A stretch of 63,998 nucleotides of DNA, the filler included, from Stramenopiles sp. TOSAG23-3 (Eukaryota), in assembly GCA_900128585.1 (NCBI GenBank). It is 3 parts of 3 records of this genome, joined end to end, with 100 filler letters (N's around TTAATTAATTAA, not from the genome) between each part and the next. Parts side by side here need not be neighbours in the genome. Positions count along the whole stretch, not along the records: positions 21,971 to 43,749 come from LT642349.1; 2 more parts are not named here. One strand, written 5' to 3'. The notes below the pieces were generated by a model. It was not told the DNA's origin. It did not search any database and saw only the letters and a list, made by a program, of their open reading frames with translations. The stretch's first letter is position 1. Every line of letters starts with the position of its first letter. Shown here piece after piece: positions 21,971-33,363 of this stretch. The position numbers and the translations under genes were made by a program.

Positions 21971-22442
21971 TCTAGTTAAATTGGCAGATGCATACAAAAA
22001 TCAAGAGGACGTTTTTGTTGATTTACAGAATCATTTCGAACAAGCGAGTAGTAAATTACACTTGATTGAACAGCTTATGAGGGTATTGGGGGGCGAACGG
22101 CATCGGTGGTGTTGCGTAATTCAGCAACTGGACGTTGATATTGATCAGTTGCATCAACAGCAACTCAATTTATTGGCAAGTGGCATTTTTGAACCGACAA
22201 CGGAAAATTATCGGAGAAATAACAAGCCCTCACAAGAGAAAGGAGAGTCCGAATTGCTCTTGGCGAGACACTTAGAATTAGAAGATAGAATAATGCATAC
22301 TCTCAAAACAATGGACGGAAGCGAGATAAACGCAGATTGTATTGAAACCATCGCTTCGTTGATTGACGAAGCAAAGGTCCTTTCTATGCAAATTGATGCC
22401 CGTGCTGTCGTCAAGGAATCGAATGAAAAAGGTGAAGAGTAA
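21971..22442 (+). CDS. 3' part of a coiled-coil/helical protein, truncated at the contig start
   Basis: Frame is open from the contig edge to the stop at 22442; helical composition. Confidence 0.5.
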
Positions 22443-23055
22443 TGATAAAAAGATGATAAAAAGTAAAAAGAGTGAGTGTTTCATATAGTATTATTGTTAA
22501 TAATGAGATTTTTATTGGAACGATTCGTTACAGAAAGAACATAGAAGAATAGGATTTAGTGTGTGAAGAAAGATGTTGTTAAAAGTCTTAGATATTTATA
22601 TAATAATAGATGATGGATAACAACATACAGGGGAATAAAATGGAACAGAAGAACTAAAGAGCGACGAATTTGGTATGTATTTGGAACTTAGCAGCATCAA
22701 AAAGGAGGTATTATTTCCTCGTATATTTAGAGACTAATAGTGTATTATTATAAATATAGATGATCTTTATAACCAAAAAAATAATAAAAAATATTATTAT
22801 TATTATAAAATACCAACAACTACCAACACAGCAGCAGTGTAAAACAGTCGTCGTTCTTTCTGATACGTTTTTTTTTTTCTAATTAATAATTAATAACAAT
22901 CATTTATTTTATTAAATTTTGTTCTTTTAATTAACTTCTTTAGACTAACCGAACGCACTAAAAATATTTCCTCTACGAATCTTAATTTTCGAACAGAGAA
23001 ATTTTCTTATAAGCAGTGTTGCACCAAGCACAGAGCAAAATGTGTCTCTAAACGT

Positions 23056-24477
23056 TTATGCATTCAATTCTGTGTTCAGTATTTCGTACGGGCCAATCTC
23101 TTCCCCACGTTTCTCCGCCTCCGTGGCCAACAATCTACAGAAAGCGTCAATGTCGATCACTGTCCGGCGGGCCAAGTCAAGGTCATTGTCGTCGGCGATC
23201 TTTACTTTCACCAGTTTTCGGACGTCTATCATTTTTTTAATCATTTCGACCCTTTTCTCCTCGCTGATTTCGGTGAGTTGTGCCCCAAACACATCGTACT
23301 TTCCTGTCCGCAGGCGATATATGTTCGTCTGGTCAGACGCCGAAGTGTTGCTATCGAACGGCATCAACCACTGGGAGAGAGCACCTTGCAACACCCCGTA
23401 CTCTTTTGCAATCGATTCGATTTCCTCTAAGAAAAGAATGGATTGGTGCGATGTTTGGTGGACCAGGTTGAAGTTTTCCGTTTTGTCTATTGGTATACGC
23501 AAAAGAAATTGAACCTCCCCCCATCGCTGCTTCAAGCCTTCAAGGCCTTCCACGAAGCGTTTCGAGGCGAAGGAATCCTTCACCGCTTCGGTCGGCGGCC
23601 CAAGCGGGACTGTCGGGTGCGGTATGTCGTCCTTTGGCAGGTCGAGTATGATGAATTCCTCCACTTCTTCCTCCTTCTCTTCCTCAAAAGCCTCGCTCCC
23701 CTCCATCCCGTCGCCGCCGGCCAAAGAGTTTTTCCCTTCTGAAAACTTTCCACCAGCGTGCAAATCTATATTGCTGGTCGCAAACGGAAACGTGCTGTTT
23801 ACAGCCGTTTTCGGTTTCTTCTTCTTTCGTTTATGGATGGACGCTTTGAAGACAGGGGCGGCGGCTTTATTTGACGGCGCGATTCCCGCATCTAAATCAC
23901 CGCCGACGACCTTGTCGCTTCTACCGCTCTTTGCGCTTGCCCCTCCCGGAGGGGTCATGTTTGTCTCTGGGAGAGCAGTGTTACCGCCCGAGTTATTCTT
24001 TGCGTAATCGTCGACCTTTTCGTCCAGCTTCATGTTACTGTCCATCGCGGTCAGCGTCGATACCCCCGGGAGGGGCTCCTCGTACGTGCCGAAGCCCCTT
24101 GGCTCTTCGGACCGCCGCCTCGTCCCGTCGGGGGAGCTGAGCGGAGAGTTGTGAATGAGGCTCTTCTCGGTGGACGACGACACTGCGGGAGGTTCTAAAG
24201 TTAAGGACGGGCCTCCTTGCGAACTATCTCTATGAGGAGTACGGTACCTGGGACTGATATTTATTTCACGCGGGGTGTTTGGTTCACCAGCGCTCCGAGG
24301 CGTATGTATGATTTCGTTTGTGGGAAGAAACGGCGTGCTACTGTCAACAGCAGCGTTAGATCCGCTTAAAGCATCCGATGCCGGGTCATCCCCTTCTACC
24401 AAGTCTAGATCGGGCGCTTTGTCCACCTCCTTCGGGACACCGCCAGGGGGCAACTTACTACTCGCACCAGCACCCAT
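23056..24477 (-). CDS. Hypothetical protein with a predicted N-myristoylation site, long disordered region and helical C-terminal domain
   Basis: MGAGASSK start (ATG at 24477); S/P/G/E-rich N-terminal half. Confidence 0.7.
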   Translation of the reverse strand: MGAGASSKLPPGGVPKEVDKAPDLDLVEGDDPASDALSGSNAAVDSSTPFLPTNEIIHTPRSAGEPNTPREINISPRYRTPHRDSSQGGPSLTLEPPAVSSSTEKSLIHNSPLSSPDGTRRRSEEPRGFGTYEEPLPGVSTLTAMDSNMKLDEKVDDYAKNNSGGNTALPETNMTPPGGASAKSGRSDKVVGGDLDAGIAPSNKAAAPVFKASIHKRKKKKPKTAVNSTFPFATSNIDLHAGGKFSEGKNSLAGGDGMEGSEAFEEEKEEEVEEFIILDLPKDDIPHPTVPLGPPTEAVKDSFASKRFVEGLEGLKQRWGEVQFLLRIPIDKTENFNLVHQTSHQSILFLEEIESIAKEYGVLQGALSQWLMPFDSNTSASDQTNIYRLRTGKYDVFGAQLTEISEEKRVEMIKKMIDVRKLVKVKIADDNDLDLARRTVIDIDAFCRLLATEAEKRGEEIGPYEILNTELNA

Positions 24478-25649
24478 CCGAAAGTAGTGCACGCAGTACT
24501 ACAGTCACTACTGGAACCACAAAACAAAGGCAAGTAAATAATACAAACCCGATCTTTTCAAAGAAGGAAACCGCCCTTGTTGTGATCGGTGCAAATAAGA
24601 TCCTTTTAAAGCAAAGAATTTCTTAAACATGTACTAGAGTTGCACAAAAAGAACTAAAAAGCGAACGAAATTACTACTGTTGTACTTCCTCGTCGATTAT
24701 TATGGTTAAGGGTATATGTATACATGGAAATATTATTTTATGTTTTATTCTATAATAATACCCTAAGTCTACGAAGTAATAATATTTTTAATTCCAAATA
24801 AAGGCAAATTATACCTTATTATAATTATTTATACTAAAAAAAAGAAATTTTCTTCTTTCTTCTTTCTTTCGTTTTTTCGTTGTTGTTGTATTATATAATG
24901 TTTATTATTTAAATTATACTATTTGTATGTTAAATCATTGTTGTTATGTTGGATTTTTTAGCTATTGACTTATCGTTATTTCTTCTAGTGCTATTTATAG
25001 CTAAAACAGTATTTTTAAAATGTAACAGTTTTAAAGAATCCAGAATAATTAAATAGGAGAAATAATATTATAATTATAATAATATTGTAATATGATATAT
25101 ATCAGAACAAGCTTCCTAATTTATTACATCGTGTTACATATGCTTCATTCAAAGAAAAAATACGAAACTTCCCTTTTTACCTATTTAATATACAAAATAC
25201 AAATATATAGATTGTATAGGCTTAACTTAATTGATCGAAAAAGAAAGAAAGAAGAAAGAAAGAAAGAAACGAATACATGTTGAGAATTTAAAGTAGATAG
25301 GGGCAGTCAGTAGTCATTCATCTACGAAGTCTAANNNNNNNNNNNNNNNNNNNNNNNNNNNNNNNNNNNNNNNNNNNNNNNNNNNNNNNNNNNNNNNNNN
25401 NNNNNNNNNGTGTGTGGCTGTTTTTTTTTGAATTTGTTTCAATAACTATACTATACTTGCTAAACTATTAAAAATAGAATAACTTCGCCATATAGATGTA
25501 TCTAAGTAGGAAAGCGTCAGCAAAGAAGAAATAAACCGATGAAGTATTTGTTCTGAAGGTATTCACTGTATTTATGTGAATGTATAGTTAATATTGAACG
25601 GTTCGTTTACCAACCTTTAGTTGTGTCCTTTGAATTTAACAAAGACAAC

Positions 25650-26288
25650 ATGGCGCTTGCACCGACTGGAAAAACAAAGGCGTGGTCAACCCCAGAGTAC
25701 ATGTTGCCCATAATAGCAGAGTTTGCAGACTTGAAGGAGGATGACGTGGTCATGGACTGTGGGTGTGGCAATGCGAGGGTGTTGATAGAAATTGCAAAGA
25801 AGTCTAAATGTCGGTGCATTGGGTACGAAATCAGCCCCGACCGGTTGGAAGAAGCCCACAGCAATATTGCCAAGCACGGCATGGCGAAGCACGTTGAAAT
25901 TCGTGACGATAATGGTCTGAACTGTTGGCTAATTAACGACAAGTTTACATTTTTGTGGTTGGCCCTGACCGCGAGGGGACTGGAGAGGGTGTTTAAAGTG
26001 TTGCTAAAGGATCAAGGGTTTGTCCCTGTAAACTCCATAAAGGACTCGTCGAGGATACCAAAAGATGCATGGCGCATCACCGCCGTCACCTTTTTGTACA
26101 AGTTAAAGTCCTCTTCAATAAAGCCTACCGAAACCGTGTGGCACTTAAACCCAGAAAACGAATACAGCAAGTACCCAATGTACAGGTATGAGTTTGTGAT
26201 GATGGATTACCCCCAAAAGATGTTTGGTCGGAAACTTTTCGCTGGCACCATGTCCGCCCTTGCTCTTTACATGAGTGTCTTTGCTTAA
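25650..26288 (+). CDS. Class I SAM-dependent methyltransferase
   Basis: LKEDDVVMDCGCGNARVLIEIAKK..CIGYEISPDR (motif I and post-I). ATG at 25650 (MALAP). Confidence 0.85.
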   Translation: MALAPTGKTKAWSTPEYMLPIIAEFADLKEDDVVMDCGCGNARVLIEIAKKSKCRCIGYEISPDRLEEAHSNIAKHGMAKHVEIRDDNGLNCWLINDKFTFLWLALTARGLERVFKVLLKDQGFVPVNSIKDSSRIPKDAWRITAVTFLYKLKSSSIKPTETVWHLNPENEYSKYPMYRYEFVMMDYPQKMFGRKLFAGTMSALALYMSVFA

Positions 26289-27334
26289 TTTAACAGATCA
26301 TTCTTCTTCCTTATAATAATAATAATATAATAATAATAATAAAAAAATTGAAGAATCAATAATCAATAATAAAATATTAATTACCTATTTATCATTTAAT
26401 TTTCTTTACTTAATTGTATAAACGTATACGGTTATAATAACAACAACAAAATAAACAATACTAAACTATAAGTAAATTAAGGTGGGGAGTTTAACGTTGG
26501 TGGTTCAGCATCTCATTCTTTCATTCGCACATGATCATAGCATAGGATTTCTTCAATTCTTGAAAAGTACTACTGGTAGGTAATACAATTATAAAATCTC
26601 GATTAGAATACGTATTTCTATACTATTTGTACAACAAAGATTTCTCTTCCATTCCTTTTTTTTTTCTCTTTACAGCATCTTTCTTTATGAAAAAAATGCG
26701 GATTTTTTATAATGCTATATCGCTGTTGTTCACGAACCGTTAGTGGACTACGAATAATGCAAGATAGATACTTCAGAAAATGATAAAAGTAATTTGTACT
26801 TATCTTTCTATACTAATCCATTCAATAATAGGTAATTTCTTCATGACCGGTGAGAAATGAGCGAGAAAAAAAAAGAAAAAAATTATTAATAATTAAAAAA
26901 AGAAAAAAAGCAGGAAAAAGATGAATATATAACAGGTACACAGTATAGAAAATAAAAGACCTGAACGTCCACTTTCAATAATAATTAAATTTATTTTGCT
27001 GTCTTTTTGCTACGACTGTTGTAGTATTACCCAACAAAACAAAAAAAATATAATTACTACAACAGGATGATAGAATGCAATTATTAGAGAAAGAGTGCCA
27101 AGAAAGCCTTCTTCTTCATTGAACGTTTACGATTTTTATTACAACGAACGAAAGAAAGAAAGATCGATTTGGTTGAGTAAACAATTTAATTCGTGTCAAA
27201 GAATCTCTTGTTAAGATTAACATTTCTTTATTTACAAAGTGCTGTAAAGTTTCCCATTCTGTTTTTGACGCAAACACTTTTTTTCTTCTTCCAAAGACAC
27301 CTGAACTACGTATCGATACTAGAAATACACACAC

Positions 27335-28961
27335 ATGTCTGAGAATATGAAGCCGTCGACTTTGAACACTAATCTTTCCAGTGGGCCCAGCAAAAAAATT
27401 GTCGGCAAAAAGGTCGCAAATGGCACTGGAGCCATCAAGTTGGCGTTTAAGGCCCACAAACTTATGGATACTTTGTGCGCCCGTGAGCAAATGAAAGCGG
27501 TCACTGAAGCAGTGAAGATGGAAGACAAGAAGATTAAACAGTCGTACGAGAACAAGTGCCGCGTCGAGTGGAGCTCACAACACGACGAAATCCTTCGTAG
27601 CGCAGTCGAGCAACACTCTCAGACCAGCGATAACCGAGACTGGCACGAGATTGCAAAGAACATCCAAAAAGACATCCCAGGAAGAACCGCGTCGCAGTGC
27701 TCTGAACGCTGGAACAAAGTCTTGAAGCCAGGCCTGACCAAGCGGCCGTGGACGAAGGAGGAAGATGTCAAGTTGGGCGAGCTCGTCACGCTGTACGGCC
27801 CCAAACGATGGTCGCTCATTGCCATGCAACTAAAAGGTCGCATCGGAAAACAGTGCAGGGAACGCTGGCACAATCACCTAAACCCATGAAGACAATGTCA
27901 TATTTCAGTACCATAAGAAATGGGGCAACCAATGGGCGAAAATTGCAGAAATGCTCCCCGGCCGCACCGACAATTCCATCAAGAACCGTTACTACTCCAC
28001 GATGAGGCGGTTAAAGAGGCAAAAGCAGAGAGAAGAAATCGAAAACAGCGAAAAGGGCGTCAAGTCCAAAGGACATAGCAAGAAAGAGAAGATCGAAATC
28101 ACTTCTTTTAAAGACTTTTCGATGGGGTACGCTGTCCCACCGAACCAACGCAAAAAGGGAGACGCCGACTCGAAGGGCAAGGGCTCCAAGCCAAAAGGTG
28201 GTGCAAAAGGAAAAGTAGCTGCAAAGAGAAAGAGCAACGTGCAAGGCAAAAAAAAGGCGGCAAAAACGGCTGGTAAAAAGGCGACAAACTCGCGCAAAGT
28301 TTCTGGGACAAAGGGCAATAGTAAATCGGCAAACAATGCCGCTAAAACCAAGAAGAGGAGCGCCGCAGCAAAGGAGCGAGAGCAAAAAGCAAAGCGCAAG
28401 CGTGTCGACCACTTGATGCTGGACAGTGACCTGGTTCGCGGATTACTAAGTCCAGAGCCATTCTCCAGTTCGACGATGCGACCATCGTCTATGATCCCTA
28501 ACGACCAACTCTCCATGGGCGATTACGAAAAAATGTTGTCCATGCAATCGCCAGGTGCCGTAACACCCATGGCCATCCGTGGCGGCCTCATGTCACCATC
28601 CCTTAGTATAAATGGCACGGCACTTTCACCTCATCATATTAACTTGTTGCGTGAACAGGGAAGTGCAAAAAGCTTCCAGATGCTTAACAGCGCGCGGTCA
28701 AACAAGAGCTTTCAGCACTTTTCGGGGGAGGAAGTCCTAGGATTCAATATGAATGGGCGCTATGGAAACGGTCAAGAAAACTTTTCTACCAACTTTAGGT
28801 CCCAAATGACGCCGACTGCCTTTGGTGGCCCAAATTCACCACACTTTGGGGAATTATTCACGTTAGACACACCATCCAACACATTTTTGGCTTCACCAAC
28901 AAACATGGGCTGCTTTGAACCTTTGTCACCATCAGAAGTCAGAACTCTGTTGATGGACTAA
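27335..28961 (+). CDS. R1R2R3-type MYB transcription factor, frameshifted at 27886-27888 where ~29 nt are missing
   Basis: R1 WSSQHDEIL...[13 protein letters not shown]2 WTKEED...[29 protein letters not shown]3 continues in the +1 frame as [36 protein letters not shown]. Confidence 0.88.
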
Positions 28962-29595
28962 GGCATGGAGGCGTGTCCGTGCATTCCGGGTGCGTGTACG
29001 CAAGTGCACCGAGATTAAAAGACGTTCGTCGTGTAGACTGAACATCGACAAAACCCATCCGGTTCATATATATTTTATTAGGAAAAAGTTGGTCCAGGGA
29101 ATTATTCCTTGGGCACCCTTTTCGATTAGGTAGGTCAAAACGTTATGCCCGTAAATTAGTTGCGTGCGGCGTCCATTGGTTAGTTTTTAAACATTTTAAT
29201 ATAGTTGTTTTTCAATTACGAATACATTTAGTTTTTTGTAGTGTTCAAAAACAATTCCTGTCTCATTTTATTTTTTGGTATGAGTTTGATGACTTACTTG
29301 GAAGGTAATAATGAATGAATAGCACTATCATCATAGCACTATAGTTCATTTATATATTTTATTGATTAATAATTCTTCATCAGCAGCAGAGTAGTATCTA
29401 TTTATTATTTGTGTTTTGTTTTTTCGCGGTTCTTCTTCACTCACCATTTTCACCATTCGTATCTAACCGCCACTTCTTCTTTTCTTTATAATTTTATTAC
29501 TAATTTATTCTTTATCTAAAGCACAAGATGTTGAATCAAAGGTGTTGCAACATTCGAAAGAATAGAGGAGTTTATGCCCAGAATAATCTAATAAA

Positions 29596-31076
29596 ATGTG
29601 GAGATGCGGTGTGCTCCAAGGCTCCCTGATTGCTGCAATTGCAAACTTCGTCGTACTGTCTGTCATGGCCAGACGACTGTCGTTTCAGACAACGTCCAAG
29701 CTGTACAAAACCATTGACAGTAGGCATTATTTTACACACATTCGCATTGGTGCGCATGAAGGGAAGCAGCAATTGTTTTCAGTGCTCGTCCTGACAGACA
29801 CGAGCGATATCATCATTCCATGCGATGGCTGTTCAGATTGCGATTCTTCTGCGTCGCCCCGTCGAAAATTTTCCAAAAGGCTCTCGGCGTCAGTCAATGA
29901 CACTAGCCCCAATGTAAAAAAACGGGGGGCTTCGGGACCACAACTAATGGACAAGATATGCCTTGGGGAGCATTGTAGTCCATCGGAATCTGCCTATGTT
30001 AATTTCATGTGCGCTACTAAGTTCAACAAATTTTTAAAAGGGGTAGCTGTAGATGGAATTGTGGGAATCGGGAGTGGAGATGGAAAATTCAACTTGATAC
30101 AAAAGCTGGATGATGGTGCAAAACTCACATCACATCAAATAAATATTTGTCTCCCTTCACGCGGGAGGACGGGTACGCTTACTATTGGTGGCTACGAGCA
30201 GATGTATGACTACGAGAGTATAAGGTGGACGCGGCTGTACATGGTGGATGCGTCACACTTGTTTAAAGTAAAGTGCCGTTCCGTAGGTATTCAGGGCGGG
30301 GACAAAGCAATGCATTTTCATCAAGAACCTGGGTTTAGAGACTACCGCACCAAGTATTTTTTGACTTGCACGTCGTTTTTCAAGAATATTGTGACAAGGG
30401 CAAAAATTGTAGATACACTAGAAAAATAGGCCCTGATGATGGGAGTATCCCGGGTTCGGTTGCGTGCTACAAAAAGTTAACAGCAGAACAAAAGAAAACG
30501 TTTCCTACGTTTATTTTTCAATTGGAAGCAGACGACGCGAGTTTCCTGGTTCTACCAGAGAACTACTTTTTCGATGCAAGCCTGCATCCCGACGCGCCAA
30601 ATAAAACACGTGGGTTTATGGACTGTATCGGGATAATAAAGTCCGACCAATATTGGTTTGGAGCCAACTTTATGGTAAACCATAACATAATTATGGACCA
30701 AGAAAGATCTTTGATGGGAGTGGCTAGCTCTGCGTGTGCGGAGGATTTGCGTGTTGGTGACAAAGGAGAGGACGAGGGTGCGCCCACAAAGCCAATAGCA
30801 CAAAACGATATTTTCAACCCGCGCTCCAAAATACCTGAAAAATCTGGGGACGAACTCACAGTCTCTTTGGTTGTAGTACTTATATTATTTGTTGCCCTGC
30901 CTTGTTTCTTTTACTGGCGAAATCGTAAACAATGCCGCTCTAAAATGTATGCAAACTTAGATGAGAACAATTCTGGCTCCGTCGAGTTATCGAGTATAGC
31001 TCCAGGGAATGAATACAAGGACGAGCCGTGCGAGGAAGGAAGTGAAGGAGAGGAAGTGGTGGGTCCGGCGCAATAG
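29596..31076 (+). CDS. Membrane-anchored pepsin-like (A1) aspartic protease homologue, probably inactive; frameshifted near 30337
   Basis: HYFTHIRIG..QLFSVLVLTDTSDIIIPCDGCSDC, DGIVGIG, GTLTIGGY; the second frame gives RLPHQVF, FPTFIFQL, PENYF, FGANFMVNHNIIMD..MGVASSAC and a C-terminal TM helix. Confidence 0.8.
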
Positions 31077-31196
31077 AAGTTATAGCGACAGGCACAATTG
31101 TGTCCATTCGCCTGATCACACCCACTCAGGCCATAATTTATGTGATAGGTTTCTGTATTTATTACATTACGACATGAGTGTAGAGTTATCAGCCGG

Positions 31197-31299
31197 ATTG
31201 ACACAGCATCGCGAAGGATGCTGTGTCAATGTGAAGGCTTAGAATCTACGAATTTCACTGTACCTGGTATTAATATAATATTAATACCAGGTACAGTGA
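31197..31299. other. Two adjacent perfect hairpins (14-bp and 20-bp stems)
   Basis: attgacacagcatc-gcgaag-gatgctgtgtcaat (31197-31230) and tcactgtacctggtattaat-atata-attaataccaggtacagtga (31255-31299). Confidence 0.85.
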
Positions 31300-31325
31300 T
31301 TGACAACGAACAATGATGAAACAAA

Positions 31326-31402
31326 ATTACTGAACCAAGTTAGGATTAGGGTATGAGGAAGCTACTAAATTTAATTACTTAAATAACAGCCAATTTTCTT
31401 GT
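31326..31402 (-). repeat. Dispersed repeat family A (inverted copy just downstream of the ABCG stop)
   Basis: Reverse complement matches 14693-14766 with a 3-nt insertion and two substitutions. Confidence 0.85.
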
Positions 31403-31416
31403 ACTTAAACACACTT

Positions 31417-33363
31417 TCACAGGCGGTGTCCTTTTTGCATAAATGCCCACCCCAAGAACAGGTAAAGCACGGGTATGAGCAACAGTCCAATTACATCTAC
31501 CAACACTGTCTGTGTACTGAATCCCATTTGCGCTATTATAGTTTTTCCGGGGATCAGTGCCCCCACTTCCCCCAACCCGGCCACCTTGGCCCCGCTGCTT
31601 ATTTTAAATGCTTGTCCCAAAAGTTCGTTCCGAATCATACCGTCGTAGGCAAAATGACTGGGTGTTATGTACGGCATCCACTTAAACAGCTTTGGTAGAG
31701 AGTCTATGCTCAAAAAAATGCCCCCAAATGCTAAGAACAGCAGCATAAACAATGCCCCGACAAAGGTCGCGATAGGCATGCTCGGAGAAGCGGCCGACAT
31801 AAACATGGACGCACTAGTAAAGCCAACGTTGCCCAACACGAGCAATACTAAGAACGTTAAAAAGTAACCAGGGCTTGAAGTCCTCAGTCCAACAGGCCAG
31901 TACACTATAGTCCCCAGAAATATTGGTGGCAAAATGCGAAGGAATAAAATGTCCATTAAAACTTCGACCAAAAAGTAGACTGTTGGGCTGTACATTCGAC
32001 CTTTCCGTTCCCGCATAAACATTTGGCGCTCCGATATAAATGTCCCCAAGGCGCTGAGTGAAGAAAAACCTAGGAAGCAAGATATGAAAAACAAAACTCC
32101 CATTCGGTTGTGTAGACCTTGAAGGTTCATGTTCTTCCCCGTTCCCGCCCAAAGTGCTGAGATTACGAACGCAGAAACAACGGTCATAAACAGGTGCATC
32201 TTGAACAACAAATTGTTTCGCCAGTGTCGTTTCGAAGATCGCGAAATCAGTGCTTTTGCCTGGACGCTGAATGGTCCCAAATCGCTCCGATTGCAGCACA
32301 GGCAGCAACACCCATTGCCTCTGTTCTCTTTTAAAACATCGTCGAGAGTGCTATTGGAATTGGACAGTAAGGATTCTACAAGGTCGCTTGTGTTTTTTCC
32401 CAAGTCCGAGTCCCAGAAAGTTTTGTGGTGATTGTTCAAATTGGCCAGCCCATCAGCCCCCGCCTGCTCAAGCATTACTTCTGGCACGGACAGTTTGATC
32501 TTGTGGGGTGCACTCATATCTTCCATTACGGGGTTGTCCTCTGCAATTGGTGCAGAGCTGGTATCGTGATCGAAATAATCCTGTGCTTCTTCTGGTGACC
32601 CAAAAAACGAAACTTGCCCCAGTCGATTGAGACACACAACTTTTGACAGTTTACTGAACAACAGGGTCGAGGGTTGGTGCAAGCTCAGAATGACAACTCG
32701 GCCTTCCGTTGCAATATTTTGCAAAACCTCAATTACTTGCAAAGCAGCCTTGCTGTCAAGTCCTGACAATGGCTCGTCCAAGAGCAACGCGCGGACTTGG
32801 TCCGCACGTAGCAGCTCTGCACCAACAGACACTCTTCGCTTCTCGCCACCACTCAGAGTCTTCTTAGCCTCGCTTCCAATAAGAACCTTTTTCTTCGCAG
32901 CTTCCCCGAGGTTTAATTTTTCTATGACGTTGGCGACCATTTTTTCCCTGTCGGTGTCTGAAAGCGTGTGGCAGCGAAGGCGGCAGCAGAAATCAAAATA
33001 TTCCTTTATGGTCAAGTACGGTGGTAGATGATCCGCTTGGGTCACAAAGCCGCAGTGTGCCTCCCAATTCTTCAGAGAAGATATATCAGCGCCATTTATT
33101 TGCAACTCTCCTTTACTCAATTTCATGCGGCCGCCTAAGAGATGAAGGAAAGACGTCTTTCCTGAACCACTGGGACCCAACACCCCATATAATTTCCCTG
33201 AAACAAACGCACTTGTAATATCTGACAAAGCATCCGACTTTGTTTCCCCCTCGCCTACCGTAAGAGAAACTGAACGGCACGCAATTGCCACTTCATCTAC
33301 CAAAGGTGTACTTCTTACTATCAATCGCTGCTCCTCTTCATCGTTTTGCTCCTCGGCCATCAT
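31417..33363 (-). CDS. ABCG (White-family) half transporter
   Basis: Walker A GPSGSGKT; signature LSGGEKRRVSVG; LLDEPLSGLDS; LHQP; C-terminal ABC2 membrane domain (ERQMFMRER). Confidence 0.95.
   Translation of the reverse strand: MMAEEQNDEEEQRLIVRSTPLVDEVAIACRSVSLTVGEGETKSDALSDITSAFVSGKLYGVLGPSGSGKTSFLHLLGGRMKLSKGELQINGADISSLKNWEAHCGFVTQADHLPPYLTIKEYFDFCCRLRCHTLSDTDREKMVANVIEKLNLGEAAKKKVLIGSEAKKTLSGGEKRRVSVGAELLRADQVRALLLDEPLSGLDSKAALQVIEVLQNIATEGRVVILSLHQPSTLLFSKLSKVVCLNRLGQVSFFGSPEEAQDYFDHDTSSAPIAEDNPVMEDMSAPHKIKLSVPEVMLEQAGADGLANLNNHHKTFWDSDLGKNTSDLVESLLSNSNSTLDDVLKENRGNGCCCLCCNRSDLGPFSVQAKALISRSSKRHWRNNLLFKMHLFMTVVSAFVISALWAGTGKNMNLQGLHNRMGVLFFISCFLGFSSLSALGTFISERQMFMRERKGRMYSPTVYFLVEVLMDILFLRILPPIFLGTIVYWPVGLRTSSPGYFLTFLVLLVLGNVGFTSASMFMSAASPSMPIATFVGALFMLLFLAFGGIFLSIDSLPKLFKWMPYITPSHFAYDGMIRNELLGQAFKISSGAKVAGLGEVGALIPGKTIIAQMGFSTQTVLVDVIGLLLIPVLYLFLGWAFMQKGHRL

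Noticed and set aside
31417-31428. PTS1-like C-terminal HRL on the ABCG protein
   Set aside because: Polytopic membrane proteins do not use PTS1; likely coincidence.
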